Origin: an uncultured Ignavibacteria bacterium
GTDB lineage: Bacteria > Bacteroidota > Ignavibacteria > UBA10030 > SZUA-254
Reading direction: 5' to 3'
Assembly: GCA_963724215.1 (NCBI GenBank)
Contig: CAVRTZ010000026.1
Span: 11,960 to 75,959 of the forward strand
Length of the DNA: 64,000 nt
The position numbers were made by a program, and so were the translations under genes. Each line of letters opens with the position of its first letter. Position 1 is the stretch's first letter. Below the pieces are notes generated by a model. The model searched no databases. It was not told where the DNA came from and saw nothing but the letters and a program-made list of their open reading frames with translations. This document shows, one piece after another, positions 19,765 to 30,830 of this stretch.

Positions 19765-20357
19765 TCACGCCGCGCTCCCGGACGCCGCGGACTGTTCCGA
19801 GAAGATTTCGGCGGTGAACCGGAAAACGGTCACGCCGGGCGTCCCGATCGGGGCGGGGGCGAGGCCGCACTTTCTGAAGACGTGGTCGACGAATGACCCG
19901 GCGTCCCACCGGTACTCCGTCGCGACCTGGGGGAGGAGGAGCCCCTGGCGGTCCCGGTCTCGAGGTACAGGCCGTCCCTGCCGATCACGATGTCCGCGAC
20001 CGAATTGACGGGGACCTTGCCCGAGAGGACCGATATTTCAATCCTGAGCTGGTGGAGCTCCGGCGGACGGACGGGGCTGAAGCGGTGGTCGTCGAGGGCG
20101 GCCTTCACGGCCGCGCGGGCGACTGCATCGACGAGGGAATGGACCGGCTCGAAAAAACCGATGCATCCGCGCAACTCGCCTGATATCGTGAGCGTGACGA
20201 AGGCGCCGCACGGTTGGAGGAGGAGCGGGTCGGGCGTGTCGTGGGACGGGGGCGCCTCTTTCCTGACGGCGGCCTCCATCGAACTCCTGCCGGTCTGCAG
20301 GAGGAATTTTTTTTGAGCCGGCGAAAGCCGGATCGCCGTTGCCTCGGTGACAGCCAT
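19765..20357 (-). pseudogene. amrA: AmmeMemoRadiSam system protein A (AMMECR1 domain), one frameshift as assembled
   Basis: MAVTEATAIRLSPAQKKFLLQTGRSSMEAAV...CGAFVTLTISGELRGCIGFFEP...DDHRFSPV...GRDGLYLETGTARG. The conserved tail LLLPQVATEYRWDAGSFVDHVFRKCGLAP...TAEIFSEQSAASGSAA* is only readable after a -1 shift near 19940-19946. The stop codon is at 19767-19765. Confidence 0.75.
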
Positions 20358-20625
20358 CGGGGAATAGTAAGGAAAAGCGTGAAGAGATACAATACACACC
20401 GCACCCGCGATGGCGCCTCGCCCCCGGACACGCCCGGATCACGCCGGAACCGACGCCGCCAGGATCGCCACGCCTTGAAGGTCAGCCGGTTTTTCGGTAC
20501 TTTGTCACGAAAGCGACGCCCGGAAGCGGTCGTGATCGGTCGCGCCGCGGCGCGAATGAGGGGAATACGGTATTGAGAGTTCAGCCGGTTCGTGTACATT
20601 GTCCATATCTATCGGTACAACGACG

Positions 20626-21978
20626 ATGTCATTGATGGTCAGCATATCGGGAGTCCGGGGAATCGTGGGCGAATCCCTGACGCCGGAGGTCGCGGTCAGG
20701 TACGCCGCCGCTTTCGCGCAGTACGCGCGAGGGGGGAGGATCGTCCTCGGACGGGACGGCCGCATCACCGGCGGAGCGCTGGCGAACATCATCTCCTCGA
20801 CGCTCCTCTCCATGGGGTGCGACGTGCTCGCCCTCGGCGTGGTGCCGACGCCCACGATCGGCTGGACGGTGGCGCAGACGAAGGCCGCCGGGGGAATCTC
20901 CGTGACCGCCTCCCACAACCCGATGCAGTGGAACGGCATGAAATTCATCGGTCCCGCGGGGATGTTTTTGGATGCGCCGGAGAACGCCCGCCTCCAGGAG
21001 ATCCTTTCCGGCCCGCCGCCGCGGTATGTCGCGTGGGATAGGGCCGGTCGTCACGCGAAAGACGATTCCGCCGCCGTGCGGCACCTCGAGGCGGTGTTAT
21101 CGCACCCGCTCGTCAGGGCGGAGTCGATCCGGAAACGGGGTTTCAGGATCGTGGCCGACTGCATCAACGCCGCCGGGGGCGCGGTGGTGCCGGAGATGCT
21201 TCGACGCCTCGGGTGCACCGTCATCGGGATGAACGACGATATGAGCGGGGTGTTTGCCCGGACGCCGGAGCCGCTCCCCGAAAACCTCGGGGCGCTCTGC
21301 GAGGCGGTGAAGCGTCACGGAGCGGACCTCGGCATCGCCGTCGATCCCGACGTCGACCGGCTCGTGTTCATCACCGAGAAGGGGGAGCCCTTCGGCGAGG
21401 AATACACGGTCACCGCCGCCGTCGACTACGTGCTCGGCGCGTCCCCGCAGGGAGCGGGGAAGGTCGTCGTCAACCTTTCGACCACCCGGGCCGTCGAGGA
21501 TGTCGCCGCGCGATACGGCGCGACCGTGGAGCGGACGCCGGTGGGCGAAATCAATGTGGCCGGCAGGATGAAAGCCGTCGGCGCGCTGATCGGCGGCGAG
21601 GGGAGCGGGGGCGTGATCTTCCCCGGGATCCACCACATGCGCGACGCGCTCGCCGGGATCGCGCTGGTCCTCTCCGCCCTGGCCGGATCCGGGAAGACGA
21701 TGTCCGCCTTCCGGGCGTCACTCCCGGCGTATGTCATCAGGAAAACGTCGATCCGTTCCGAAGGGAAGGACACCGCCGCGCTGCTCGACGCGCTGGCCTC
21801 CCGTCTCTCCCCGAGCGTCCGCACGAACCGGGACGACGGCATTAAATTCGATTTCGACGACGGTTGGGTGCACCTGCGAAGGTCGAACACCGAGCCCATC
21901 GTTCGCGTTATCGCCGAAGCCCGAACTCCCGGCGCCGCCGAAGCCCTCCTGACGAGGTTCAGGGACGAACTGGGCTGA
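20626..21978 (+). CDS. glmM: Phosphoglucosamine mutase (alpha-D-phosphohexomutase family)
   Basis: MSLMVSISGVRGIVGESLTPEV..., active-site loop GISVTASHNPMQWNGMKF, Mg site DPDVDRL and sugar-binding GGEGSGG. The track ORF starts at a TTG at 20599; the ATG at 20626 fits family N-termini better. Confidence 0.7.
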   Translation: MSLMVSISGVRGIVGESLTPEVAVRYAAAFAQYARGGRIVLGRDGRITGGALANIISSTLLSMGCDVLALGVVPTPTIGWTVAQTKAAGGISVTASHNPMQWNGMKFIGPAGMFLDAPENARLQEILSGPPPRYVAWDRAGRHAKDDSAAVRHLEAVLSHPLVRAESIRKRGFRIVADCINAAGGAVVPEMLRRLGCTVIGMNDDMSGVFARTPEPLPENLGALCEAVKRHGADLGIAVDPDVDRLVFITEKGEPFGEEYTVTAAVDYVLGASPQGAGKVVVNLSTTRAVEDVAARYGATVERTPVGEINVAGRMKAVGALIGGEGSGGVIFPGIHHMRDALAGIALVLSALAGSGKTMSAFRASLPAYVIRKTSIRSEGKDTAALLDALASRLSPSVRTNRDDGIKFDFDDGWVHLRRSNTEPIVRVIAEARTPGAAEALLTRFRDELG

Positions 21979-22081
21979 GGACGAGGCCCGTGTCCGGGAG
22001 CTCCTCCTCCTCGGCCGGATCCCCGGGGTCGGCGTCAGGCGTCTGCGCGCGCTGGCGTCATCCTTCGGCGATCCCCTCTCG

Positions 22082-23107
22082 GTGCGAGGAGCGCCGGAAG
22101 GGCGCATCGCGGTCGTCCCCGGATTCACCGCCAGGCTCGCGAGCGACGTCCACCGGTTTTTTCGATCGTCTTCGTTCGCCGGGGAGGAGCGGGAGGTCGT
22201 CCGCCAGCTCTCGTCGCTCACCGGAGCGGGGGGCGCCGTTCTCCATCTCTGGGACGCCCTCTACCCGCCGCGCCTCGCCGCCATCTATGACGCCCCCCCC
22301 GTCCTCTTCGTCAACGGAGACCGATCGCGATTCGGCGACCCCTGCGTCGCGGTCGTCGGGACCCGGCATCCCACGCCGTACGGTCTGGTGATGGCGGAGT
22401 ATTTCGCTCGGGAACTGGCCTCCGCGGGGCTGACGGTCGTGAGCGGGCTCGCGAGGGGGATCGATACCAGGGCCCACCGCGCGGCCCTCGACGCGGGCGG
22501 GAGGACCTTCGCGGTGATCGGGACCGGTCCTGACAAATGTTATCCACCGGAGAACCGCCGGCTCGCAGCCGAGATCGCGTCCTCGGGGGCGGTGGTCACC
22601 GAATACCCCCCCGGGACGGGGCCCGAGCAGGGGAATTTTCCGCGACGGAACAGGATCATCAGCGGACTCTCCCTCGGGACGATCGTGGTGGAGTCGGACG
22701 ACGACGGCGGGGCGATGATCACGGCGTCGATGGCGCTCGACCAGGACAGGGAGGTCTTCGCGGTTCCGGGGACGGTCCACTCGCGGAAAAGCCGGGGCTG
22801 CCACGCGCTCATCCGGGAGGGGAAGGCCAGGCTCGCGGAGCGGATCGACGACGTGCTCGCCGAAATCGCCGGCGGTCTGCCCGGCCGGGGAATGCGGCGC
22901 TCACCGGCCCGCGGGGGTTCCCCGCCGGCGCTCCCCCCGGCAGAGCGGGCCATCCACGACCTGCTCGGCGGCGAACCGGTCCACGTCGACGATCTCGCAG
23001 GGAGGTCCGCACTGCCGATACCCGACCTCCTCGTCATCCTGCTGACGCTCGAAATGAAAAACCTCGTCCGTCAGCTCCCCGGAAAATATTTCATCCGCCG
23101 GCTCTGA
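22082..23107 (+). CDS. dprA: DNA-processing protein DprA (N-terminus unresolved, see findings)
   Basis: VAVVGTRHPTPYG...SGLARGIDTRAHRAAL...GGRTFAVIGTGPDKCYPPEN...EYPPGT.P..GNFPRRNRIISGL...VVESDDDGGAMITA. The same frame is open upstream to 21953 and encodes a conserved-looking LLLLGRIPGVGVRRLRALASSFGDP, but that stretch has no ATG, GTG or TTG. Confidence 0.8.
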   Translation: MRGAPEGRIAVVPGFTARLASDVHRFFRSSSFAGEEREVVRQLSSLTGAGGAVLHLWDALYPPRLAAIYDAPPVLFVNGDRSRFGDPCVAVVGTRHPTPYGLVMAEYFARELASAGLTVVSGLARGIDTRAHRAALDAGGRTFAVIGTGPDKCYPPENRRLAAEIASSGAVVTEYPPGTGPEQGNFPRRNRIISGLSLGTIVVESDDDGGAMITASMALDQDREVFAVPGTVHSRKSRGCHALIREGKARLAERIDDVLAEIAGGLPGRGMRRSPARGGSPPALPPAERAIHDLLGGEPVHVDDLAGRSALPIPDLLVILLTLEMKNLVRQLPGKYFIRRL

Positions 23108-23179
23108 CACCGCTCGCGCGGTGCGTTCCGGCACGGCCGGCTTTCCTCTTGCCGGGAATTTTCGTATTTTGGCAGCGGT

Positions 23180-23773
23180 ATGATGATCATCGGTGAAGTA
23201 CTCGTGGAAGATGCCGTCGCGGCTGAGCGATTCCATTGCGACCTCGCGAAGTGCAAGGGCGCCTGCTGCACCCTCGAAGGGACGCGCGGCGCTCCCCTAC
23301 TCGACGAGGAGAAGGACCTCGTCGAACGGTATTATCCGTCGGTCCGGAAGTACCTCACGGCGCGGAACCGCCGGGTCATCGAACGCAAGGGGACGGTCGA
23401 CGGATTCGCCGGCGCCTACGCCACCACCTGCGTCGAAAACCGGGATTGCGTTTTCGTGAGCTATGAGGGGGACGTGGCGAAATGCGCGTTCGAGCTGGCG
23501 TTCAACAAGGGCGAGATTCCCTGGCGGAAACCGGTCTCCTGCCACCTCTTCCCGTTGCGCTACTCCGGCAGCGGCCCGGGACTGCTGCGCTACGAGGCGA
23601 TCCCGGAGTGCTCCGCGGGGCGTGAGAGGGGGAAGGCGGACGGTACGAATCTCCACGAATTCGTGAAGGACGCCATCGTCCGGCGGTTCGGCTCCGAATG
23701 GTACGGAACCCTCTCCGACCGGTGCGCCGAGCCGGCCGCGACGACCGATTCACAGGGGGAGGGGGGAAAATAG
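23180..23773 (+). CDS. Cys-rich DUF3109-like protein
   Basis: 197-aa ORF: FHCDLAKCKGACCTLEGTRGAPLLDEE...CVFV...KCAFE...PVSCHLFPLR. Family recalled from memory, not searched. Confidence 0.5.
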   Translation: MMIIGEVLVEDAVAAERFHCDLAKCKGACCTLEGTRGAPLLDEEKDLVERYYPSVRKYLTARNRRVIERKGTVDGFAGAYATTCVENRDCVFVSYEGDVAKCAFELAFNKGEIPWRKPVSCHLFPLRYSGSGPGLLRYEAIPECSAGRERGKADGTNLHEFVKDAIVRRFGSEWYGTLSDRCAEPAATTDSQGEGGK

Positions 23774-23779
23774 CCGGCG

Positions 23780-25237
23780 ATGCTCAACCTCTCCCAGCGC
23801 CTGTCGCTCCAGCAGAAACTCACCCCCCAGCAGGTACAGTACCTTCAGCTCCTGCAGCTTCCGATCCTCGCCCTCGAGCAAAGGATCAAGGCCGAGCTCG
23901 AGATGAACCCGCTCCTGGAGGAAGCGACGGAGATGGAACAACTGCAGGAAAACGCCGAGGCGAAGACGGCCGAGGCCCCGGAGGGCGCGGAAGCGGAATC
24001 CCGCGCCGAGACCGCCGCCGACCGTGAAGCGGGCGAATTCTCGGCGGAGGATTACATGAACGACGATTCCGACGGGTACAAGACCGGCCTCGCCCGCTCG
24101 GAGCACGAGGACCGCGAGGAATATCCGCAGCCGGCGGAGCAGACGCTGATCCAGAGGCTCGCCGACCAGATCTCGATGCTCGACCTGTTCCCGGCCGAAC
24201 GGCTCCTCGCCGATGAAATCCTCGGCAACATCGACGAGGACGGATACCTCCGGAGGAGCCTCCCGCTGATCCTCCAGGACGTCAACCTCGGACAGGGGCT
24301 CTCGCTGACGACCGAATGCAGCGAGGCGGTCCTCGCCCGGATCCAGAGACTCGATCCCCCCGGCATCGGATCGCGGACCCTCCAGGAATGCCTGGTCGTC
24401 CAGATGGAGCTGGTCGACGTGCCCGAAGGGACGAGGGAGCTCGCCCTGAAGGTCCTGAGGGACATGTTCGAAGACTTTACGATGAAGCACTACGAGGAGC
24501 TCGCGCGGAAGCTCGGCGTCGGGCTCGACGGCGTCAAAGAGGTCCTCGAAGCGATCCGCAAACTCAACCCCAAGCCGGGCGAGGGCCAGTTCACCGCCCA
24601 GCAGAACTACATCATCCCCGATTTCACGGTCGAACGGGTCGACGACGATTTCGTCATCACCCTCAACGACCGCAACGTCCCCCCGCTGCGCATCAACAGG
24701 CGCTACCGCGAGATGCTGGCGCAGGGGAAGAAGCGCGTCGCCACGAACGGGGTGAGGGACTTTCTCCGGAAGCGCTTCGAGGCCGCGAAGTGGTTCATCG
24801 CCTCGATCAACCAGCGCCGCGACACGATGATGAAGGTGATGCGGGCCCTCGTCGAGAAGCAGAGGGAGTTCTTCGAAACGGGCGAATCCCTCAGGCCGCT
24901 GATCTACCGCGACATCGCCGACGTGATCATGATGGACATCTCGACCATCAGCAGGGTCGTGAACGGGAAGTACGTCCAGACCGAGCACGGCGTGTTCGAA
25001 CTGCGGTATTTCTTCAGCGACAAGCTCACGACCGATGACGGCGAAGAGGTGTCGAACAAGGAAGTGAAGAAGACCATCCGGGCGATCATCGACGCCGAAG
25101 ACACGGGACACCCCTTGAGCGACGACAAGATCGCCGAGATGCTCAAGGCCGACGGGCTCCACATCGCCAGGCGGACCGTCGCGAAATACCGGGAGGCCAT
25201 GAAAATCCCGGTCGCGCGGCTGCGCAGGAAAATCTGA
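23780..25237 (+). CDS. rpoN: RNA polymerase sigma-54 factor
   Basis: 485-aa ORF with region [49 protein letters not shown], an acidic linker, the HTH and the RpoN box [15 protein letters not shown]. Confidence 0.92.
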   Translation: MLNLSQRLSLQQKLTPQQVQYLQLLQLPILALEQRIKAELEMNPLLEEATEMEQLQENAEAKTAEAPEGAEAESRAETAADREAGEFSAEDYMNDDSDGYKTGLARSEHEDREEYPQPAEQTLIQRLADQISMLDLFPAERLLADEILGNIDEDGYLRRSLPLILQDVNLGQGLSLTTECSEAVLARIQRLDPPGIGSRTLQECLVVQMELVDVPEGTRELALKVLRDMFEDFTMKHYEELARKLGVGLDGVKEVLEAIRKLNPKPGEGQFTAQQNYIIPDFTVERVDDDFVITLNDRNVPPLRINRRYREMLAQGKKRVATNGVRDFLRKRFEAAKWFIASINQRRDTMMKVMRALVEKQREFFETGESLRPLIYRDIADVIMMDISTISRVVNGKYVQTEHGVFELRYFFSDKLTTDDGEEVSNKEVKKTIRAIIDAEDTGHPLSDDKIAEMLKADGLHIARRTVAKYREAMKIPVARLRRKI

Positions 25238-25257
25238 TCCCATCCTCCAGGAGGCCC

Positions 25258-25797
25258 ATGCACGAGATCATCCATTCCACCACCGTCATCGGCCTGACCC
25301 ACCGCGGCCGGACCGTCATCGGCAGCGACGGGCAGGTCACCGTCGGCGCGGCCGTGATGAAACAGCACGCGAAGAAGGTCCGGAAGCTCTACAACGACAC
25401 CGTCCTGGCAGGCTTCGCCGGCGCCGCGGCGGACGCCTTCACGCTGTTCGAGCGGTTCGAGGACCAGCTTCAGCGCACGAGCGGAAACCTGGTCAGGGCC
25501 GCCGTCGAGCTGGCGAAGCACTGGAGGACCGACAAGTACCTCCGGCAGCTCGAAGCGCTGCTGGCGGTGATCGACCGTCAGAACGCCCTGATCATCTCCG
25601 GAACGGGGGAGATCGTGGAGCCCGACGACGGGATCGTCGCCATCGGCTCCGGCGGCAATTTCGCCCTCGTCGCGGCGAGGATGCTCCGGGCCCACACCGA
25701 GCTCTCGGCGCCGGAGATCGTCCGGCAGTCGCTCGAATGCGCGGCGGACATCTGCATCTACACCAACAAGCACTTCACCTTCGAGGAACTCCAGTGA
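25258..25797 (+). CDS. hslV: ATP-dependent protease subunit HslV
   Basis: 179-aa ORF: [23 protein letters not shown]...[18 protein letters not shown]...GSGGNFA. Confidence 0.92.
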   Translation: MHEIIHSTTVIGLTHRGRTVIGSDGQVTVGAAVMKQHAKKVRKLYNDTVLAGFAGAAADAFTLFERFEDQLQRTSGNLVRAAVELAKHWRTDKYLRQLEALLAVIDRQNALIISGTGEIVEPDDGIVAIGSGGNFALVAARMLRAHTELSAPEIVRQSLECAADICIYTNKHFTFEELQ

Positions 25798-27236
25798 CCG
25801 TCAACGCAGGGGACCTCCCCGCGGCGGGACAGGACCCGGTGCGCGGGGGGGGGCCGACCGCCGCCGGCGCGCGGCGGGAGCTCACCCCGCGGGAGATCGT
25901 CCGCGAGCTGGACCGCTACGTGGTCGGCCAGCATGCCGCGAAGAAGTCGGTCGCGATCGCCATCCGCAACCGCTGGCGGAGGCAGCAGACCCCCGAACAC
26001 CTCCGCGAGGAGATCATGCCGAACAACATCATCATGATCGGACCCACCGGGGTCGGGAAGACGGAAATCGCCCGGCGCCTCGCGCGGCTGGTGAACGCGC
26101 CGTTCATGAAAGTGGAGGCGACCAAGTACACCGAGGTGGGCTACGTGGGGCGGGACGTCGAATCGATCGTCAGGGACCTCACGGAGTTCGCCGTGAACAT
26201 GGTCAAGGGCGAGAAGGCCGCGGAGGTGAGGGGCAAGGCGGTCTCGCTCGCCGAGGAGAGGATCCTGGAGATCCTCGTCCCGCCGATGAAGCGGAAGAGC
26301 GTCGTCGAGCCCGGGGAGGCGCGGTCCGACGCGCACGGGGACGACGAGCACGCGGCGACGCGCGAAAAATTCAGGGAGAAGCTCCGGCGCGGGGAGCTCG
26401 ACGGCCGGGTGATCGAAATGGAGGTCTCGGCCTCGCAGGTGCCCGCGATGCAGGTGTTCGGCCCCGTCAACATGGAGGAGATGGGCGTCAACCTCCAGGA
26501 GATGTTCGGCAACATCCTCCCCCGCAAGACGAAGAAGCGCAGGGTCCCGATCGCGGAGGCGAGGGCCATGATCATGATGGAGGAGGTCCAGAAACTCATC
26601 GACACCGAGGCGGCCGTGAAAGAGGCGGTGGACCGGGTGCAGAACTCGGGGATCGTCTTCATCGACGAAATCGACAAGATCGCCGGCGAGAAGTCGCGGG
26701 CCGGGGGACCCGACGTGTCGCGGGAGGGCGTCCAGCGCGACCTGCTCCCGATCGTCGAGGGGACGACGGTGCTCACGAAATACGGGATGGTGAACACGAC
26801 CCACGTGCTGTTCATCGCCTCGGGGGCGTTCCACGTGTCGAAACCGTCAGACCTCATCCCCGAACTCCAGGGGCGATTCCCGATCCGGGTCGAACTGCAG
26901 AGCCTGACCGAGGAGGACTTCGTGAAGATCCTCACCGTGCCGCAGAACGCGCTGATCACGCAGTACACGGCGATCCTGAAGACCGAGGGGGTGGAGCTGG
27001 AGTTCGAACCGGGGGCGATCGCCGAGATCGCGAGGACCGCGGCGCGCGTGAACGAGCAGGTGGAGAACATCGGGGCCAGGAGGCTTCACACGATCATGAC
27101 CACGCTCCTGGAGGAGCTCCTCTACGAAGCGCCCGACGCCCACGTCGGGGAGAAGATCGCGGTCACCAGGGAAATGGTCGAGTCGAAGCTCGGCTCGATC
27201 GTGCGGGACAAGGACCTCAGCCGCTACGTGCTCTGA
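25794..27236 (+). CDS. hslU: ATP-dependent protease ATPase subunit HslU
   Basis: [34 protein letters not shown], Walker [16 protein letters not shown], Walker [13 protein letters not shown]-terminal [12 protein letters not shown]. The start is placed at a GTG overlapping the hslV stop. An alternative GTG at 25839 cannot be excluded. Confidence 0.88.
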   Translation: MTVNAGDLPAAGQDPVRGGGPTAAGARRELTPREIVRELDRYVVGQHAAKKSVAIAIRNRWRRQQTPEHLREEIMPNNIIMIGPTGVGKTEIARRLARLVNAPFMKVEATKYTEVGYVGRDVESIVRDLTEFAVNMVKGEKAAEVRGKAVSLAEERILEILVPPMKRKSVVEPGEARSDAHGDDEHAATREKFREKLRRGELDGRVIEMEVSASQVPAMQVFGPVNMEEMGVNLQEMFGNILPRKTKKRRVPIAEARAMIMMEEVQKLIDTEAAVKEAVDRVQNSGIVFIDEIDKIAGEKSRAGGPDVSREGVQRDLLPIVEGTTVLTKYGMVNTTHVLFIASGAFHVSKPSDLIPELQGRFPIRVELQSLTEEDFVKILTVPQNALITQYTAILKTEGVELEFEPGAIAEIARTAARVNEQVENIGARRLHTIMTTLLEELLYEAPDAHVGEKIAVTREMVESKLGSIVRDKDLSRYVL

Positions 27237-27257
27237 AACGGGGCCGGGGAGCCCCTG

Positions 27258-27584
27258 TCAGTGGACCTTGTCGCCGCCTCCTGAGGGGGGCTGGAACCCG
27301 AGGTGCCCCATCGAGGGCTCCCCGTGGATCTTGATCTCGCCGTAGGACTTTTCAAATTTCTCGATGTTGTCCCTCAGGGCGTTCAACAGCAGTTTCGCGT
27401 GCTGGGGCGTCGTGATGATCCTCGCGTGGACCTTCGCCTTCGGAATCCCGGGGAGGACCCTTGTGAAGTCGATGACGAACTCCGCCGGCGAATGGGTGAT
27501 GATCGCCAGGTTCGAGTAGATCCCTTCCGCTTCCTTCTCCCCGAGCTCGATGTTGATCTGCTGCTGCGGTGCCGGTGCTGCCAT
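27258..27584 (-). CDS. DUF3467-like small protein
   Basis: 108-aa ORF: INIELGEKEAEGIYSNLAIITHSPAEFVIDFTRVLPGIPKAKVHARIITTPQHAKLLLNAL. Family recalled, not searched. Confidence 0.5.
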   Translation of the reverse strand: MAAPAPQQQINIELGEKEAEGIYSNLAIITHSPAEFVIDFTRVLPGIPKAKVHARIITTPQHAKLLLNALRDNIEKFEKSYGEIKIHGEPSMGHLGFQPPSGGGDKVH

Positions 27585-27598
27585 GTTCGTCCTCCCCC

Positions 27599-28801
27599 TT
27601 ACTTCTTGCGGAGTTCATCGGCCTTCTTGATCGCGGCCTCGGCTTCCTTCAGCATCCCGCCGTTGGCGCACGCCGAGCCGTAGAAGTCCCAGGCGTTGGG
27701 ATCGTCGGGCCGGAGGACCGTCAGTTTTTCGAAGTACGCCGCCGCCTTCTTGAAGTACTCGACGTATCCCTTGTTGTTCGTGGCTTTCTTCGGGTCGTCC
27801 GACTGGGAGGCCTTCTTCATTTCGTCGGCGAGCTTCAGGTTCGCGATACCGGCGTTCTGGACGGCGAAGGCGTACGTGGGATCGGTCTTGATGGCGGCGT
27901 CGAAATGACCGATCGCCTCCTCGACTTTCCCCCCCTGCATCAGGAGGACCCCCAGGTTGTAATGGTAATCGCGGTTCGTCGGGTCGGTCTTCAGGCCCTC
28001 CTCCATCAGGGGAATCGCCTCGGGAGCCCGTCCCACCTTGATATAGAGGTCGATCTCGGCGTTGAGAAGGTCGGCGTTCCCGGGGGACACCTTGCGGGCC
28101 TCCTGGAGTTCGGTGAGGGCGAGCGTATAATTCTCGTTCGCGACCGCTTCGTTGCCGGCAGCTTTCGCCGTGTCGCCCCGGTCGATGTAGATCTGGATCA
28201 GGGGAGTCAGCACCTCCGGGTCGGCCGATATCTTCCTCGCCTTCTGGAGATAGAGGAGCTGACGGTCGGTCAGGCCGTCGGCCTGGAGAGCGATCGACGC
28301 GTTCTTGTAGGGGAGGAGACTGTCAGGATTGACGGCGATCGCCGCGTCGTACATCCGGACGGCCTGGCCCCGTAAACCCGGTGCCTCGGCGGCCGGCGCC
28401 TTGATGCTCCGGTTGAACAGCTCGACCCCCGCGTTCAGGGCCTTCTGCCAGGCGAACAGTTTTTCCGTGTGGATCTGTGGCGCCCACTCCTGCGAGGATG
28501 CGAGGGATTTATCGTACGCGTAGATCATGTTCCCGTAGTCGGTCGTGACCTGGGGGTAGTCCTTGGCGTCGAGGCCCTGTTCGGCCTTGCGCAGGCGCAC
28601 CTGGCCGAGATAGTACCAGGCCTCGGCGTTCGTGGGGTTATTCTCGACTTCCTTCATGAGGGCCTGTTCGGCGGCGGGCCACTCCTTCCGCTGCATGTAC
28701 AGTTTTGCGCTGGTCGACTCCGCGGAACCGCACTGGAACCCGGTCAGCATCAGGTAGACGATGGCGAGCGTGACGAGGGCGACGAAGGATGACGTTTTCA
28801 T
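27599..28801 (-). CDS. Tetratricopeptide-repeat protein (secreted)
   Basis: The ATG at 28801 follows AGGAG by 6 nt (MKTSSFVALVTLAIVYLMLTGFQCGS). Multiple TPR units are present (AEAWYYLGQVRLRKAEQG..., YHYNLGVLLMQGGKVEEAIGHFDAAIKTDP...). Confidence 0.65.
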   Translation of the reverse strand: MKTSSFVALVTLAIVYLMLTGFQCGSAESTSAKLYMQRKEWPAAEQALMKEVENNPTNAEAWYYLGQVRLRKAEQGLDAKDYPQVTTDYGNMIYAYDKSLASSQEWAPQIHTEKLFAWQKALNAGVELFNRSIKAPAAEAPGLRGQAVRMYDAAIAVNPDSLLPYKNASIALQADGLTDRQLLYLQKARKISADPEVLTPLIQIYIDRGDTAKAAGNEAVANENYTLALTELQEARKVSPGNADLLNAEIDLYIKVGRAPEAIPLMEEGLKTDPTNRDYHYNLGVLLMQGGKVEEAIGHFDAAIKTDPTYAFAVQNAGIANLKLADEMKKASQSDDPKKATNNKGYVEYFKKAAAYFEKLTVLRPDDPNAWDFYGSACANGGMLKEAEAAIKKADELRKK

Positions 28802-28955
28802 GAAAGCTCCTAATGATGGAAGTCGGCGTTGATTTGGAACGGGCAAATATACGGAACCGTGCCCTGAGAATCAACTTTCCGGCGGGACGCGGCTTTGCAT
28901 TTCGGCCGGATTTTTGGTATAGTAGTGCGTCATTTTCCAGCTGCGACGCTCTCCG

Positions 28956-29408
28956 ATGTCCCGATGTGAATTTTGCTCCATCATCCGTGGCGAATCGCCC
29001 GCCGAGGTCCTCTTCAGGGACGAACACGCCATCGCGATCCTTGATATCCGTCCCATCCATCGCGGGCACGTCCTGGTCATCCCCGTCCGCCATTCCGGCG
29101 ATTTCCTCGACGTCCCGGCGGCCGACTGCGACGGGCTCTTCAGGGCGCTCAGGGTCGTGACGCGCGGGGTCGTGGACGCGATCCGCCCGCCGGGGTTCAA
29201 CGTCTTCTCGAACAACGGGAAGGCGGCGGGGCAGTCGGTGTTCCATTTTCATTTCCACGTGACGCCGCGGTACCACGACGACAACATCAGGTTTGTCCTC
29301 GAATTGAAATCGTATCAACCGAACGAAATGTCGGAGTACGGCCGGAGGATCCGCGAAGCGATCGCGGCCCCGGGCGCGCCCGGCCAACCCATCAAGGAGA
29401 CTCTATGA
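28956..29408 (+). CDS. HIT family hydrolase
   Basis: 150-aa ORF: [10 protein letters not shown]...[11 protein letters not shown]...[20 protein letters not shown] (histidine triad). It overlaps the icd start by 4 nt. Confidence 0.85.
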   Translation: MSRCEFCSIIRGESPAEVLFRDEHAIAILDIRPIHRGHVLVIPVRHSGDFLDVPAADCDGLFRALRVVTRGVVDAIRPPGFNVFSNNGKAAGQSVFHFHFHVTPRYHDDNIRFVLELKSYQPNEMSEYGRRIREAIAAPGAPGQPIKETL

Positions 29409-30766
29409 CGACTGTTGCGAAACCTCCGGTCACGGAGGGAGAAAAAATCAGGATGGTCCGCGGGAAACTCGACGTGCCGAGCCATCCGGTGATTCCGTTC
29501 ATCGAAGGGGACGGCACGGGCCCGGACATCTGGCGTGCATCGTGCCGGGTGCTCGACGCCGCCGTCCGGAAAGCCTACGGGAACGGGCGGAGCCTTGTCT
29601 GGAAGGAGGTCCTGGCCGGCGAGAAGGCCTTCAGGCTGAAGCAGACGTGGCTCCCCGACGACACCGTGGAGGCGTTCCGGGAATACCTCGTCGGGATCAA
29701 GGGCCCGCTGACGACCCCGGTCGGCGGGGGGATCAGCTCGCTCAACGTGGCCCTGCGGCAGCTCCTCGACCTCTACGTCTGTCTGAGGCCGGTGCGCTAT
29801 TTCAGCGGCGTTCCGTCACCGGTGAAGTCGCCGCAGTCCGTGAACATGGTGATCTTCCGTGAAAACACGGAGGACATCTACGCCGGGATCGAGTTCGCGC
29901 CGGGGACCCCGGACGCCGCAAAAGTCCTCAACTTCCTCTCCGCGGAATTTCCCGAACAGTTCAGGAAGATCAGGTTCGGAAAGATCGACGCCATCGAGGA
30001 GTGGAACCGGGTCTCCGGCATGGGCCAGCCGAACGGCACCGTGCAGGTGGGAATCGGGTTCAAACCGGTCTCGCACCACGGCACCGCCAGGCTCGTCAGG
30101 GCGGCGATCCGGTACGCGATCGGGCACAAACGGAAGTCGGTCACGATCGTCCACAAGGGGAACATCATGAAGTTCACCGAGGGCGCATTCCGCGACTGGG
30201 CGTACGGCATCGCCGAGAAGGAATTCGGCGAGCACGTCTACACGTGGCCGCAGTGGGAGCGGGAGAAGGCGGAGCGGGGCGAGCAGGCCGCCAACGAGTC
30301 GATGAAAAAGGCCGAGGCCGCCGGCAAGATCATCGTCAAGGACGCCATCGCCGACATCATCCTCCAGCAGGTCCTCACACGCCCGCAGGAATTCGACGTC
30401 ATCGCCACGCTGAACCTCAACGGCGATTACCTGAGCGACGCCCTGGCGGCACAGGTCGGGGGGATCGGGATCGCCCCGGGGGGAACATCAATTACATCAC
30501 CGGGCACGCGGTGTTCGAGGCGACGCACGGCACGGCCCCGAAGTACGCGGACCTGGACAAGGTCAACCCCGGGTCCGTCATCCTGAGCGGCGAGATGATG
30601 CTCCGGTACATCGGGCTGGCACGAGGCGGCCGACCTGATCATCTCCGCGCTGGATAAAACCATCCATGAAGGAGTGGTGACGTACGATTTCGCCCGGCTG
30701 ATGAAGGGGGCCACGGAGGTGAAGACGTCCGGGTTCGGCGACGCGCTCATCCGGAACATGGGTTGA
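29405..30766 (+). pseudogene. icd: NADP-dependent isocitrate dehydrogenase, two frameshifts near the 3' end as assembled
   Basis: [13 protein letters not shown]...[33 protein letters not shown]...[13 protein letters not shown]...[24 protein letters not shown] in frame 1. [44 protein letters not shown] follows in frame 2. [49 protein letters not shown] follows in frame 3. The junctions are at the G6 run 30478-30483 (-1) and near 30616 (+1). Confidence 0.85.
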
Positions 30767-30830
30767 AGGCGTCCGGCCCGCTGAACGAGGATCCCGCGCC
30801 GGCCCCGATGCCGGCCGGGGCCGAAAACAG

